Part shown: positions 1 through 10,703 of the stretch, in pieces
Position numbering within the stretch: position 1 is the first letter of the stretch
Layout of the letters: every line of letters starts with the position of its first letter
Source: Ostreococcus lucimarinus
Taxonomy: Eukaryota
Strand: one strand, 5' to 3'
Length of the DNA: 64,000 nt
Assembly (NCBI GenBank): GCA_000092065.1
Contig: CP000594.1
Notes under the pieces: generated by a model
The model's database searches: none
What the model was told of the DNA's origin: nothing
Seen by the model: the letters and a program-made list of their open reading frames with translations, nothing else
Translations under genes and position numbers: made by a program

Positions 1-2144
1 ATAGCAATTACCGCTGGATCCCCATTCGGTACTTCTCCCGTAAATAGCACCGAAGGCACGTGTGAATTCGTTACCGACGTCGCGACGAGATTCGGCGGGT
101 CGTAATACATGTAATTTGCCATTCCGCCGACCCATATAGAGTTTTCAAAAAACGTCGCGAGCGCGCTGCGATCGTCCGGATAACCCTCAAAACTGATACT
201 GACGGCCGATATGTACGTACCGGTCGCCGCGAACGCACTGTACGACGGCGCATCGCATTCGATCGTTGTCGAATTCACCAGTTTGGCTGGCACATACACG
301 GGCGAACCGTCGTTCAAAAATCGGCACGCCACGCGGTGCGACAGAGTGTCGTCCGGGGCCCAGGAAGAGTCGTATGGAAACCCAACACCACGAATCGTGA
401 GCGTTGTCCCACCCGCCTTGGGTCCTCTTGAAGGGGAAATATCATCGATTTCTGTCACGGAGAAGCTTTGGTACGAGATTTCTGCGTCCGAAACATTGTA
501 CGTCCCTGTGAACAACGCACCCATGCTTGGGATCGTCGTCATCGCACCGATCGGTCTTGTCGACGCCGTCGACCCTTGAACTTCCATGCACGCCGATCCG
601 ACGCAGTTGGCATCCGGGAATACTTTGACTTTTACTATGCGCGTCGGAGCATTCACGTCTGACGCGTCCTGGCTCGTGAGGACGTACAGCGTCCCTCCAC
701 TCGCACCCCCATCGCTCACTGTCTCGATGGCGAGCGCATCCCTAACTAAACTACCACTCGTTCCTAACTTGACGTGTTCTATCGCCGAGCTCGTGTTGTT
801 GAATGATTTTCTAACCCGGTATACGCACGAGATGCGACTGACGCACGTTGCGCCGCACATCGCGCCGTTGTAAGGCGCACTCGATGTCGCGACGTAAGCA
901 TAATCTCCCATCACTCCGAGCGCGGTAAACGCGGTATACCTTCCGAGATAGCTCGACGAAAGCAAAGAATGACCTTCGCACGCCGCGTCGATGGCGGTGG
1001 CGTCTTTAAAGTACAGCTCCCCATCCGCCGCGATTACGCTCTCGCTCGAGTACGGATTCAGGCGAACAATCGCGGGATAATCTTGCGCCGAACTAGCCTT
1101 CGCGCGACCTGCGAGAAACATATCGACGCCACCACCAGTTGTGCCGACCGTGACCGCCTCGGTGAACTTACCTGCGTCTCGTCTGTTGTGGCACGCCTCG
1201 CACGCCGCGCGCAGCGTCGGCAACGATATATCCTTCGCGCTCGGCGCTGCGTCGATACCGCTCGAATACACCAGCACGCGACCAAGCGCGCTCACCGCTG
1301 TGGGTGTTACTTTTAAAATCAAATCATCGTCCGTGCCCATGGCCGCAACGTCGACGATGTATCCATCCGTGGTTTTCTCGTGACGATTTCTAATCGTCCC
1401 GCCGCCCGACGCCAAATCTGACCACACGACGTAACCGTATTCAACTGGCTGCCCCGCCCTTCGCACCCACGCGTTTGCGATGGCGTATATCACATCACTC
1501 GTCGCGCTCGCGACGACGATCGGTCCGCGCATGGCTATCGTCGACCACCCGTCGCTCGTCGCCGCGTCGCCGCGCGGATGCCCGCACGACCCCTTCCATC
1601 CGTTTGGCACAGGATCATCCACGTCGAGCACGATCGTCCCATTCGCCTGCGGCCGCGCGGGCCAACGCGTGGGTTCATTCGCGTTCCACGCCCGCGCGCT
1701 CGCATCGCCCAACCGCGCGTAATGATCCACGCACAGCGCGTCTCGCCCGCCCATCGCGACGACTTCTCGCGTCCCCGCCGCGCGCGCCGTCGCGCACGTC
1801 ACCTCCCGCGGCGCCGCCCCGACCCCCGTCGCCATCACCGGCGCCATCGCCGCGTACCACGTCTCCCGCACCGTCCTTCCATCGACCTCGACGACGCGCT
1901 CGAACGTCTCCACCGCGTCTCTCGCCGCGCCGCAGTCGACGCCGTCCCGGTCCGCGCGGCAGCGACACGTCTCATCGATCTCGCACGTCCCGTACGACCG
2001 CTGCGCCAGGCACTCGCGCGGGCAAAAGCTATACGCGTACCCTTCGCGCGCGCTCGCGCCCAGTGATCCGCACAGCAGCGCCAGCGCGCGCGTCACCGCG
2101 CGCGTTCGTCGCGCCGCGTGTGTCGGTTGCGCGCGCGACGACAT
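1..2144 (-). CDS. Partial CDS, N-terminal ~714 aa. Secreted protein with signal peptide, one EGF-like Cys-rich module and several IPT/TIG domains; continues beyond window start.
   Basis: Manual minus-strand translation has no stops from 2144 down to 1. ATG at 2144..2142 gives MSSRAQPTHAARRTRAVTRALALLCGSLGASAREG (signal-peptide-like), then CPRECLAQRSYGTCEIDETCRCRADRDGVDCG (EGF-like). Repeated IPT/TIG-like segments follow, e.g. ISPSRGPKAGGTTLTIRGVGF and VACRFLNDGSPVYVPAKLVNSTTIECDAPS. Absent from the ORF track because it runs off the window edge. Confidence 0.6.
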   Translation of the reverse strand, partial: MSSRAQPTHAARRTRAVTRALALLCGSLGASAREGYAYSFCPRECLAQRSYGTCEIDETCRCRADRDGVDCGAARDAVETFERVVEVDGRTVRETWYAAMAPVMATGVGAAPREVTCATARAAGTREVVAMGGRDALCVDHYARLGDASARAWNANEPTRWPARPQANGTIVLDVDDPVPNGWKGSCGHPRGDAATSDGWSTIAMRGPIVVASATSDVIYAIANAWVRRAGQPVEYGYVVWSDLASGGGTIRNRHEKTTDGYIVDVAAMGTDDDLILKVTPTAVSALGRVLVYSSGIDAAPSAKDISLPTLRAACEACHNRRDAGKFTEAVTVGTTGGGVDMFLAGRAKASSAQDYPAIVRLNPYSSESVIAADGELYFKDATAIDAACEGHSLLSSSYLGRYTAFTALGVMGDYAYVATSSAPYNGAMCGATCVSRISCVYRVRKSFNNTSSAIEHVKLGTSGSLVRDALAIETVSDGGASGGTLYVLTSQDASDVNAPTRIVKVKVFPDANCVGSACMEVQGSTASTRPIGAMTTIPSMGALFTGTYNVSDAEISYQSFSVTEIDDISPSRGPKAGGTTLTIRGVGFPYDSSWAPDDTLSHRVACRFLNDGSPVYVPAKLVNSTTIECDAPSYSAFAATGTYISAVSISFEGYPDDRSALATFFENSIWVGGMANYMYYDPPNLVATSVTNSHVPSVLFTGEVPNGDPAVIA

Positions 2145-2542
2145 CGGCGTCTTCGTCGCGCGTTCGCGTCGTCTTCAGCGCATCGCACTCGATGTCCGCG
2201 CGTCGGGCGATGCGCGACGGTGCGTTTTATCCGCGCGTCGCGTCGCGTCGCGTCGTCGCGTCGCGCGCGCGTCGCGGTTCGGCGTCGCGCGTCATTCCCC
2301 CGCGGCTCAGTCTCGTTCGGCTCTTGGATACAACACGGAACGTGCGCGCACATCGAATCGTCGCGCTTGACCGGCGCGCGGGAGACGCGCGCGCGGCGAG
2401 AGCGCGACGCCGCGCGCGCGATCGCGGTCGATCGTGATTCGAACCGCGCGCGACGGCGCGCGGGAGCGAACGCGGACGTCGACGCGCGGGCGCGAAGGCG
2501 CGCGCGTCGGGAGACGCGAGACGTCTCTTCGTATCCCTCGCG

Positions 2543-3850
2543 ATGATGCGAATCGTCGTCGTCGTCGTCGTCGTCGCGAGCGCGGCGCGCGTCGAGCGCG
2601 CGCGCGCGTCGACGATCGTGGACGCGTCGAGCGACGTCAGAACGGGCGGTTTCGCGGAGGTGCGCGGTCGGGCGCTTCGCGGGACGAGCGACGCGGAGGC
2701 GTGTCGAGCGCGCGCGTGGGCGACGGGCGCGGACGCGCCGGGCGGCGCGTCGACGGCGGAGGCGACGTGTGCGGCGATCAGTGCGACGTCGGCGACGCGA
2801 TGCGAGGCGGCGATGGCGTCGTTGAAGTGTCGGCTCGCGCGGGCTGGCGCGCGCGCCCGCGCCGAGGCGTGTGACCTCGCGAGCGCGGACGATTGCGAAC
2901 GGTGCGTCCTGCGCGCGCTCGGACGAGGCGCGAGAGGACGCGGAAACATGAACGACAACGATTGGGACGACGCGGTGGAAGACGAGGCCGCTTTTGAGAG
3001 TGACCGCGCGATTACGCTGGACCGCGCGGTGGAGTTTTCAATGTACGTCGACGAAACGCACGCCATCGACAGCGATTGCAAGTTTTTGGTCTCCATGTTC
3101 AGAGCCGAGATGGCATCGCGGGTCGTAGAGTCATTCTCCACGCTGCTCGCAGAGGCGCAGCGCGAGGCCAAGGCGAGGGCGGAAGAAATCACCATCGCGC
3201 TCGCGGAAATTGACGAAGCGGCTCGCAGAAACGCTCGCGACGTCGAGCAAGCGGCGATGGCGCTCGACAAAGTACGCCGCGACCAGCTCGAGTTCGCGAC
3301 GCGGTTTGAAACGTTTGCGGCAAACTTGAACGCCGCGCTGGACCGCGTGGAGCGCGCGTCGCGCGGCGCGCTGCGCGCCGCTCGATTCGCCGCCGAGCTC
3401 GCGAAGCGCTGCGCGGGAATCGTTTCCGAAACCTTCGCGTCGTTGGTTTCGGTTGAGATGATTTTCGTGCGCTTCATCGTCATCGCGTTCGGAACCACGC
3501 GCCCGGCTTTACGGCGTTGCTGCTTTACGGCGTTACTCGTGGAGTGGATGTTACGCGCCGCGCCGCGAACGGCGGCGACGACGCCCTCCAATCGTCTTCG
3601 CCTCGGTCTCCTCTGCGCGTTCGCGCCCAGGATCTGGACGTACGCGAAAGAGCAACTACATCGCTCGCGACGCGACGACGCCGAGACGGGTCGCGTCGAC
3701 GTCGGCGCGAAACCGCGATCCGGTCGTCGCGCGCGAGGCGTCCCCGCGGCGCGAATCGAACCGTCGCCTCGAGTCCCCGAGCCGACGATCGCATCGCCGC
3801 GTCGCGCCAGCGCGCGCCTTCGCGCGACGAAGACGACAAAAATAATTTAA
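2543..3850 (+). CDS. Hypothetical protein; alternative start ATG 2948 (MNDNDWDD...). The central part has ordinary protein composition; both ends are low-complexity.
   Basis: ORF 2543..3850. Region 2948-3480 encodes a non-repetitive sequence (FSMYVDETHAIDSDCKFLVSMFRAEMASRVVESFSTLLAEAQREAK...). The antisense ORF 2227..3591 is Ser/Ala low-complexity. The N-terminus contains a (GTC)8 microsatellite. Confidence 0.3.
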   Translation: MMRIVVVVVVVASAARVERARASTIVDASSDVRTGGFAEVRGRALRGTSDAEACRARAWATGADAPGGASTAEATCAAISATSATRCEAAMASLKCRLARAGARARAEACDLASADDCERCVLRALGRGARGRGNMNDNDWDDAVEDEAAFESDRAITLDRAVEFSMYVDETHAIDSDCKFLVSMFRAEMASRVVESFSTLLAEAQREAKARAEEITIALAEIDEAARRNARDVEQAAMALDKVRRDQLEFATRFETFAANLNAALDRVERASRGALRAARFAAELAKRCAGIVSETFASLVSVEMIFVRFIVIAFGTTRPALRRCCFTALLVEWMLRAAPRTAATTPSNRLRLGLLCAFAPRIWTYAKEQLHRSRRDDAETGRVDVGAKPRSGRRARGVPAARIEPSPRVPEPTIASPRRASARLRATKTTKII

Positions 3851-3873
3851 CGCTCCGCACACGCCGCCTCGAG

Positions 3874-4902
3874 ATGAGCCCGAAGATCACCGAACTCTGT
3901 TCGTACCCGGTCAAGAGCTGCGCCGGAGTTTCCCTGGACGCCTGCGCGCTGACGTCCACGGGATTAGCGTTCGATCGGCTGTTTTGCGTCGTCAACGCTG
4001 TCGATGGAAAGTTCATCAGCCAACGCTCGCACCCGCGTTTATCCCTCGTCGCGTGCGCGATAGAGCCACCGGACGCGTTCACCGATCGCACCGTGCGCCA
4101 GTTCGCGCTGACGTGCGAGACGTCGAGCATGGCGACGAAATTGCGCGTGGAGGTGGATTTGGACGACGCGAGCGGGACGGCGACGTCGGCGACGAACGTG
4201 GAGTGTTGGGAGTGGCGCGGGAAAGCGGCGAAATGCGGCGACGAAGCCGGGCGATGGTTCAGTGAGTTTTTGAATCAAACACCGGACGGCGATGGGGCGG
4301 CGTACGAGCTCGTGCGATGGATGGGAAAGGGAGGCGCGCCGAGCGCGCCGCAAGACGCCGACGATTTAGACGTCGACGACGACGTCACGCGTTTAACGTC
4401 AGAGAATTACGGTTCGCGTCGCGCGACGACCACCCTGAGCGATGGATATCCGATGTTACTCGTCAACGCCGCCTCCGTGCGCGCGATGCACGAACTCGTG
4501 CGCGAGGAAACTGAAAAATCCAACGCCGCGCCCGTCGTCGTCGACAATCGACGCTTTCGCGGCAACGTCGTCGTGGACGACGCCAAAGCCTACGCCGAAG
4601 ACACGTGGTCCGTGATCGCCCTCGGCGCGCGCGAAGTCCAAGCCGAGTTATGCAAGCCGTGTTCGCGATGTTCGATTCCCCTCGTCGATCCGGACGTCGG
4701 TTCTCCCGCGCTCGGCGCGCCTCTGGCGCGCGCGCTCAGTCGCGCGCGCTCCGGCGCCGCGTTACGAACCGCCAATCGTCTCTGGCGCCAGTCCCCGTTT
4801 TTCGGTTGGAATTTACTCGTCCCTTCGACGCAGGACGCCACCGTCGTGTTGCGCGTCGGCGACGACGTGCGCGTGTTGGAGACCCGTCCCGCGTTCCCCT
4901 AG
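3874..4902 (+). CDS. MOSC-domain protein (mARC-like molybdenum cofactor sulfurase C-terminal domain with N-terminal beta-barrel).
   Basis: ATG 3874. MSPKITELCSYPVKSCAGVSL... aligns with mARC IYPVKSC. The C-terminal CSRCSIPLVDPDVG matches the MOSC motif CSRC..TVDPDTG. Confidence 0.8.
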   Translation: MSPKITELCSYPVKSCAGVSLDACALTSTGLAFDRLFCVVNAVDGKFISQRSHPRLSLVACAIEPPDAFTDRTVRQFALTCETSSMATKLRVEVDLDDASGTATSATNVECWEWRGKAAKCGDEAGRWFSEFLNQTPDGDGAAYELVRWMGKGGAPSAPQDADDLDVDDDVTRLTSENYGSRRATTTLSDGYPMLLVNAASVRAMHELVREETEKSNAAPVVVDNRRFRGNVVVDDAKAYAEDTWSVIALGAREVQAELCKPCSRCSIPLVDPDVGSPALGAPLARALSRARSGAALRTANRLWRQSPFFGWNLLVPSTQDATVVLRVGDDVRVLETRPAFP

Positions 4903-5031
4903 CGCGTCGCCGTCCCGCCTTCCATCTTTCATACGACACATATTATAGCGTATAAATCCCCATCAATCTATTCCCGCCGCGGTCGACGCATTCCAGAACC
5001 CTCGCGCGCGCGCCGCATTCCGCGTCGCTCG

Positions 5032-6354
5032 ATGTCCGCGCCCGCGTGTTCCGCGTCGCTCGCGCGCGCGTCGCGCGTTTCGACGCGCGCGCCGCGCCGT
5101 CGCGCGCGTTTCGACGCGTCGCGACGCGCGCCGACGCCGCGCGGACGCGCCGACGCCGTTCGAACGATGGCGGCGGACTCGAAGCACCTGCAGCGCGTTC
5201 TCGTCACCTCGCGCGACGGGCTGACGAGAGAGCTCGACGAAGACGTCGACAGCGTCGTCATCGACTGCGACGGCGTCGTCTGGAACGGCGACGCGCTGAT
5301 ACCGGGGGCGAAAGCGGCGATAGAGGCGCTGCGGGCGAAGAAGAAGAGGGTCTTTTTCGCGACGAATAACTCGACCAAGTCGCGAGCGCACTACGCGGCG
5401 AAATTCGCGTCGCTGGGTGTGGACGTGTCGAAATATGAGATATACACGTCGGCGTACGCGGCGGCGATGTACCTGAAACAGCGAAGGTTCGATGAGATCG
5501 AGGACGGGGACGACGCGGAGCCGCGCGGGGAACACGGAGAACGAGTCGGAGACGCGCGACAGAAAAAGGTGTACGTGATCGGTGAGAGAGGCGTGATGGA
5601 GGAGATGGAGGAGGCGGGGATTGATGTTGAGGCGGGGGTGTACGACAGCGTGCGGTGCACGGGGAGAGATTGGGAGGAGATGGAGGAGTGGTTGGATCCG
5701 GAGAACGACGTCGGGGCGGTGGTGGTTGGGAGCGATTCCGCGTTTACGTTTGCGAAATTGGCGTACGCGTCGCTGCAGATACAGCGCGGGGCGCTGTTCA
5801 TCGCCACGAATCCCGATGCGGGGGATAAGATTGGTCGAGCGCTGTATCCAGGGGCGGGCGCGATCGTGAACGCGGTCGCGACGGCGTGCGGCGAGCAGCC
5901 GGAAATTTATTGCGGCAAGCCGAGCTCGTTCATGTTGGATTTGCTCTGCGAGCACACCAACATCGACATGTCCCGCACGCTCGTCGTCGGCGATAGAATA
6001 GACACCGACATTGCGTTCGGCAAGGCGGGTAAAGCCGGGCTCACCGCCCTCGTGTTCACCGGCGTCACCGACTCTGAACAGCTCAGAGAAAAGTGTCTGC
6101 TCGCCGACGCCGACGAATCGCTCGCCGACGCGCTCCCCGATCGCGCCATCGGCTCCCTCGCCGAGCTCGTCGGGCTGACGTTCGATCCCGACGAAGTCTG
6201 CGACAGCGTCAGCGACGTCGACACCGACGTTAACATCGACGAAGACGACATGCTTCGCGCGTTCCCCGTGAGCGACGCGCCGTTGCCCGAGTGGTCGCAA
6301 TACGACGACGACGACGATCAATTCGATCAAACGCAGTACGCGCCGGCGTCGTAA
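5032..6354 (+). CDS. PGP: Phosphoglycolate phosphatase (HAD-superfamily PGP/4-nitrophenylphosphatase type), with a likely plastid transit peptide and an acidic C-terminal tail.
   Basis: ATG 5032; alternative ATG 5167 (MAADSK). VVIDCDGVVWNG..., FFATNNSTKSR and LVVGDRIDTDIAFG are HAD motifs I-III of PGPase. Confidence 0.85.
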   Translation: MSAPACSASLARASRVSTRAPRRRARFDASRRAPTPRGRADAVRTMAADSKHLQRVLVTSRDGLTRELDEDVDSVVIDCDGVVWNGDALIPGAKAAIEALRAKKKRVFFATNNSTKSRAHYAAKFASLGVDVSKYEIYTSAYAAAMYLKQRRFDEIEDGDDAEPRGEHGERVGDARQKKVYVIGERGVMEEMEEAGIDVEAGVYDSVRCTGRDWEEMEEWLDPENDVGAVVVGSDSAFTFAKLAYASLQIQRGALFIATNPDAGDKIGRALYPGAGAIVNAVATACGEQPEIYCGKPSSFMLDLLCEHTNIDMSRTLVVGDRIDTDIAFGKAGKAGLTALVFTGVTDSEQLREKCLLADADESLADALPDRAIGSLAELVGLTFDPDEVCDSVSDVDTDVNIDEDDMLRAFPVSDAPLPEWSQYDDDDDQFDQTQYAPAS

Positions 6355-6537
6355 TTCATCACTATATTTTAATCTGTAGTCTGACGAAAGTTTTCGAAAT
6401 CATTCGCCTCGCCTCGCCCGAGCGCGCCTCGCCCGACCGCGCGGTTTGGGGGGGACTAAAAGTCGGTTAGACTTTACTACGCGTGGTGAAAATGAATCGT
6501 CGTGACCGCACATCTCGGCGCATCGCGCGCGCGCGCG

Positions 6538-9500
6538 ATGGATCTCGCGAAAACGATCCCAAAATGTCTCAACGACGCGCAAATCTCGTTGACGACGCAC
6601 AAGCGCGGCGCCAAGACGCTGTGCGCGGTGCGAAACGAAGACCCAGAGACGTTTTTACCGACGTTTTGTAACGCAATCTTGCCGGTTTTGCTCGAGTACA
6701 AGGTACGCTTGGACGCCGCGGCGACGCGCACGCGCGCGGACGATACGGTGTCGTCGTTCGTTGGATGTGGACGATCAGAGACGGCGGGAAACGCGCGTGT
6801 GAGATGCGAATGCGATGGAACGATGACGCCGGGACGCGGCGAGCGCGCGAGACGGGACGACGACTGACCGAACGCGGCGAACGCTCGAACGAGACGCAGC
6901 GAGACGTGTGCACCGAACGTGTCGTACGATTTATCGTCACCTTTTGCGCGTGGCGCGAGGAAGGAATGGAGGAAGACGCGGATGAGTTCAACGAGGCGTT
7001 TTTGGGATTTTTGCTCAACTTGCACGGAGCGAAGGACAAGGCGGTGCGATTCCGCGCGTGTCAAATCATCGCGGGTGTGCTGAATGGACTCGGTGCCGAC
7101 GCTGAGGTGAGCGATGAGTTGTATGAACGCATGACGGACGTGATGCTGGAGCGGATTCGGGATAAGATGCCGCCGGTGCGGGCGCAGGCGGCGCGAGCGC
7201 TGAGTCGTTTGCAAGACGGAGGGGAGACGCAAGATTTCTCGCAGGATGACATCACGCAAGCGTTCGTGGAGTTGCTCGGAAGCGAAAAGAACAAAGAGGT
7301 GCGAAAGGCGATTTTGGGCTCGCTCGCGATCTCTGATTACACGATTCCGTGCGTTGTAGAACGCACGCGGGACGTGGCGGAGGACGTTCGTCGCATCGCA
7401 TTTTTGGCGCTCACGTCCAAGGTGCCCGTCGAGTCGGTGTCTATCGCGCATCGTGCCTTGGTTTTGCGTCGAGGTTTGAATGATCGCGCACCCATGGTTC
7501 GAAGCGCGAGCGTCGAGATGCTCAAGCGATGGCTCGAAGCATTCCAGGGCGACGTCGTGAAATTCCTCACCGCGCTCGACGTCGAGTCCAACGAATCCGA
7601 AGCCGAGCTCGCGCTCAAGGAACTCATCACCATCGGTCGCATCAAGCCTATGGACGTGTGCAAAGACGTCGAGCTGGTGTCGAAAGGTTTGAAACGCGAC
7701 ATCGACGTCGACGGTCTCATGACGCCCGAAGAAGGGTTGTACTGGCGCGTCGTTTTGCAACATTTGGCCGAAGCCTCCGCCGTCAAGGGCGCAAATTCGG
7801 CGCAGTCGGTCGGTCAAGCGCGGGAAATCGCCGTCGCCGAAGTCGGTGAGATGATCGAAGCTATGGAATCGGCGTTACCGCCGACGGCGATGGATTTGCT
7901 GAGCATCGTGAGCTCGCACGCGAAGAGCGCGGAAGGGAAATTCGCGGCGAGACAACTCCTACCTCTTCTCAAATGCGTCGATCTGAACGACGGTGCGATT
8001 CGACGAGGCGCCATCAACTTGGTCGCTGAGCAGCTTCACGTCAAACCCGTGGTGAATTCGCACGGATCGTCGTACGCGTGCGGGGGTGATGGCAAGTGGG
8101 AGAGCGCGCTCGTCGAAATTGCTCGTCTCGTCGCCAACGATTCCACCGAATTCGCCGGTCTCGTTTTGGACGCCGCAGATTCTCTTCAAATGTCTGGTAC
8201 TGCCGAATCGCTCACGCAGGCGTTGTACATCGCGGGTTCTTTGCTCGAGCGCACGTCGAAGCGTTTACCATCCGTCGCCGCCGAAGCCGTGATGGACTCT
8301 TTGATCAAGCCCGCGGTGACGCACTCCACCACGGCGGTTCGCCGGGAATCGATGCGCGTGCTGGGTCTCTTACTCGCTTCTCAAGGCGTCATCAACCCTG
8401 ACGCGGTGGTGATTCTGCGAACGGCCTTAAGTGCCGATGCCGCGCCCGTTCGATGCATGGCGGCTCGCGCGCTCGGCGACGCAGCGCTTCTTCATGGTCC
8501 CGCGGCGCTGGACAAATATCGCGTCCTCGTCGATCCGGAGGATGAAGACGTCACTGAATCCGCATTCAACGCGAGTCTTCCTCTCGAGATTGCACTCATG
8601 AAGTGCCTCGATGAAGAAGGAAAACCATTTGTGTTCAAAGCGAACGCGTATGATTTGGAAGACGTAGATGTTGAAGACGTGGATGCCACCAAGGCCGCCG
8701 CGGCGGTGGAGGCGGAGGAAAGCGTCGGCACCGTCGCCGCGGAGTCGCTCTGCAAAATCATCCTTCGTCGCGGTGAAGGCGCGTTTGAAGCCGCTGCGGC
8801 GGTTGTCTCGCGATTGCTTGGCAGCTACTTTGCGGCGGATGCGCAGCGAAGACCGCGTCTCGCACAATGCTTGGCCGTCTTCTTCCCGGCGCTCGCAAGC
8901 GGGCCGGAGGATCGTCGACGCTTGCTCGCGGATTGCGCCCTGCCGGCTTTGCGCGCCGCGGCTAAGATCAAGGGCTTGTCGCGCGTCGCCGCCCTTCTCG
9001 TGCAACTTCTCACCGCGTCCGAAGAACCGACGGCGGGCGGCGCCGAACTCGCCCTCGCGTTGGCGAACGAATCTCTGGCGTTAAGCACGAAGCAAACGCC
9101 ATCTGGCGCGCAAGCACCGCTCGCCAAGGCGTACACCAACGCCATCGCTCGCGTGTTATCTGTCGTTCCAGTGAAATCCACGCGAGACGAAGTCGACGTC
9201 GCTGAAAAGGTCGAGCTGAACGACACGTTAACCAAGGCTTGGCACGCCGCCGTGCTCGCGGCGGAGCGAACAAAGGAAAAGTCTGCGGCCAAGGATTTGG
9301 CGATGGCGGCAGAACGTCTTCGCTCGAATTGCCTTGCGACACAAAAGACGGTGGCGCCCGAAACCGAAGGTAGCGAAGGAATCGCCGTTCCAGCGGATGA
9401 CGACGACTTATCGACGCAGATGAACGACGACGTTCGCGCCGCCGTGATGGAGTACGCAGAGGAGCTCGCCAACGGCGCTGACGTACCGTTTTGCGGTTCT

Positions 9501-9683
9501 AAAGTGAAAGCCGCCAAGGTGAAAGCCGCGCCCGCGGTGCCGACGCGCGAGTCTCGTTCGCGCGCGAGCAAAACTGCGGCGGCGGATAAGCTGAAAGACG
9601 ACGACTTGAAGAAGCCGCTTCCGAAAGTCACGCCCGAACGCAAGTCTCGTTCTCGACGAGGCGCGCTGCAAGAAACAAACTGA
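6538..9683 (+). CDS. CND3: Condensin complex subunit 3 (CND3/CAP-G), HEAT repeats. Two exons: 6538..6702 and 6900..9683. Intron 6703..6899 (GTACGC...ACTGAC...CAG).
   Basis: Exon 1 MDLAKTIPKCLNDAQISLTTHKRGAKTLCAV...LLEYK and exon 2 RDVCTERVVRFIVTFCAW...AVRFRACQIIAGVLNGL...MPPVRAQAARALSRLQD align with the NCAPG N-terminus. Donor GTACGC follows AAG at 6700-6702; acceptor CAG ends at 6899, in frame. Confidence 0.8.
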
Positions 9684-9728
9684 CGCGAAACATCGATGTG
9701 ATATTAAATAAACTCCTAACCACACTAC

Positions 9729-10643
9729 TCAGTTCTTCTTCTGGCCACGCCTCAGCTTCATCAGCACGACCGGCGCGGAGACTTTAACGCGAATATCCAA
9801 CTGATCGAGATCGTGCCCTCCCTCGACTAACCCCCACTCCTCGATCTGCGCCTCCTCCTCGACGCGCGCCGCCGCGATGGCTTCATCCACCGTCAGCCCT
9901 CCTCGAAGCGTCTTCAAACTTATCAACAACGACTTCGTCGCCGCGCTCAGCGCGAACGCGCACGTCAGCTCCCACGGGCACATCGCGTGCAACCGCCGCC
10001 GCAGCACCTCCACCGTCTTCTCGCTCGTTCCCGGTCCAAAGATCGAATCCGACGTCTCCACCGGTCCGAACTCTCGCTCCGCCCACGCCACGATCGGATC
10101 GTGCGCCTTCGCCTGCCTCGCCGCCGTCGCCTCGTCCGGGCTTCGCACCCGCGTCGCGTCCGTGCCAAAGTATTTCAGCAGCGTCTCCACGTGCACCCGT
10201 CGCGTCTCCGCGTCTCCCATGTGATCGATCGCCGTCGCGCTCAGCGACGTCAGCGGCATCGTAAACGGCGCGATGCGTTCGCCCTGCGCGTCCCACTCCG
10301 CCGCGACCGCGCGCGCCAATCCCTCCGTCGCGAACGCGTACTCGTTTCGCTTCGGCGTTCGCAGCGCGCGCGCGTCGAGCTCGACGCGCCACGTCCCGTC
10401 GCGCGCGTCGCGTTCGCGCGCGTCGACGCGCTCGTAAAACCTCGGCGCCGTGCCGTCGGCGCCCATCGTCATCGCGACGCGCTCGGACGACGCCTCGCCG
10501 CGCGTGCGCCCGACGCGCTTCGCCGCCTCGGCGCGCGCGCGCAGCGACGCGCTGCGCGCGTCGCTCGCGTCGACGGGCGCTCGCGACGACGCCGCGCGTC
10601 TCAGCGCCGCTCGGACGCGATCGAGCGCGCGACGCGCGCGCAT
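9729..10643 (-). CDS. ATP12: ATP synthase mitochondrial F1 complex assembly factor 2 (ATP12/ATPAF2).
   Basis: ATG at 10643. RFYERVD....PFTMPLTSLSATAIDHMG...LTCAFALSAATKSLLISL is a typical ATP12 family sequence. Confidence 0.85.
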   Translation of the reverse strand: MRARRALDRVRAALRRAASSRAPVDASDARSASLRARAEAAKRVGRTRGEASSERVAMTMGADGTAPRFYERVDARERDARDGTWRVELDARALRTPKRNEYAFATEGLARAVAAEWDAQGERIAPFTMPLTSLSATAIDHMGDAETRRVHVETLLKYFGTDATRVRSPDEATAARQAKAHDPIVAWAEREFGPVETSDSIFGPGTSEKTVEVLRRRLHAMCPWELTCAFALSAATKSLLISLKTLRGGLTVDEAIAAARVEEEAQIEEWGLVEGGHDLDQLDIRVKVSAPVVLMKLRRGQKKN

Positions 10644-10703
10644 GGCGTCGCGATGTGCCGTCGCGATGCGCGCCGGCGCGCGCGGGCGTCACTCATTCGC
10701 GAC

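Noticed and set aside
2227-3591. 454-aa minus-strand ORF (Ser/Ala/Arg-rich)
   Set aside because: Low-complexity composition typical of antisense reading of GC-rich coding DNA. The plus strand carries the more protein-like frame, and the ORF overlaps the promoter of the minus-strand EGF/IPT gene.
4963-6330. 455-aa minus-strand ORF
   Set aside because: Exactly antisense to the clearly recognisable phosphoglycolate phosphatase gene. Composition is Arg/Val/Leu-biased with no known motifs.
6477-7817. 446-aa minus-strand ORF
   Set aside because: Antisense to the condensin CND3 exon 2. Artefact of third-position GC bias.
9883-10692. 269-aa minus-strand Arg/Gly/Ala ORF and plus-strand ORF 9987..10703
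   Set aside because: Both overlap the ATP12 gene in other frames or strands. The plus ORF only becomes a real gene (ANKRD13-like) from ATG 10704 onward.
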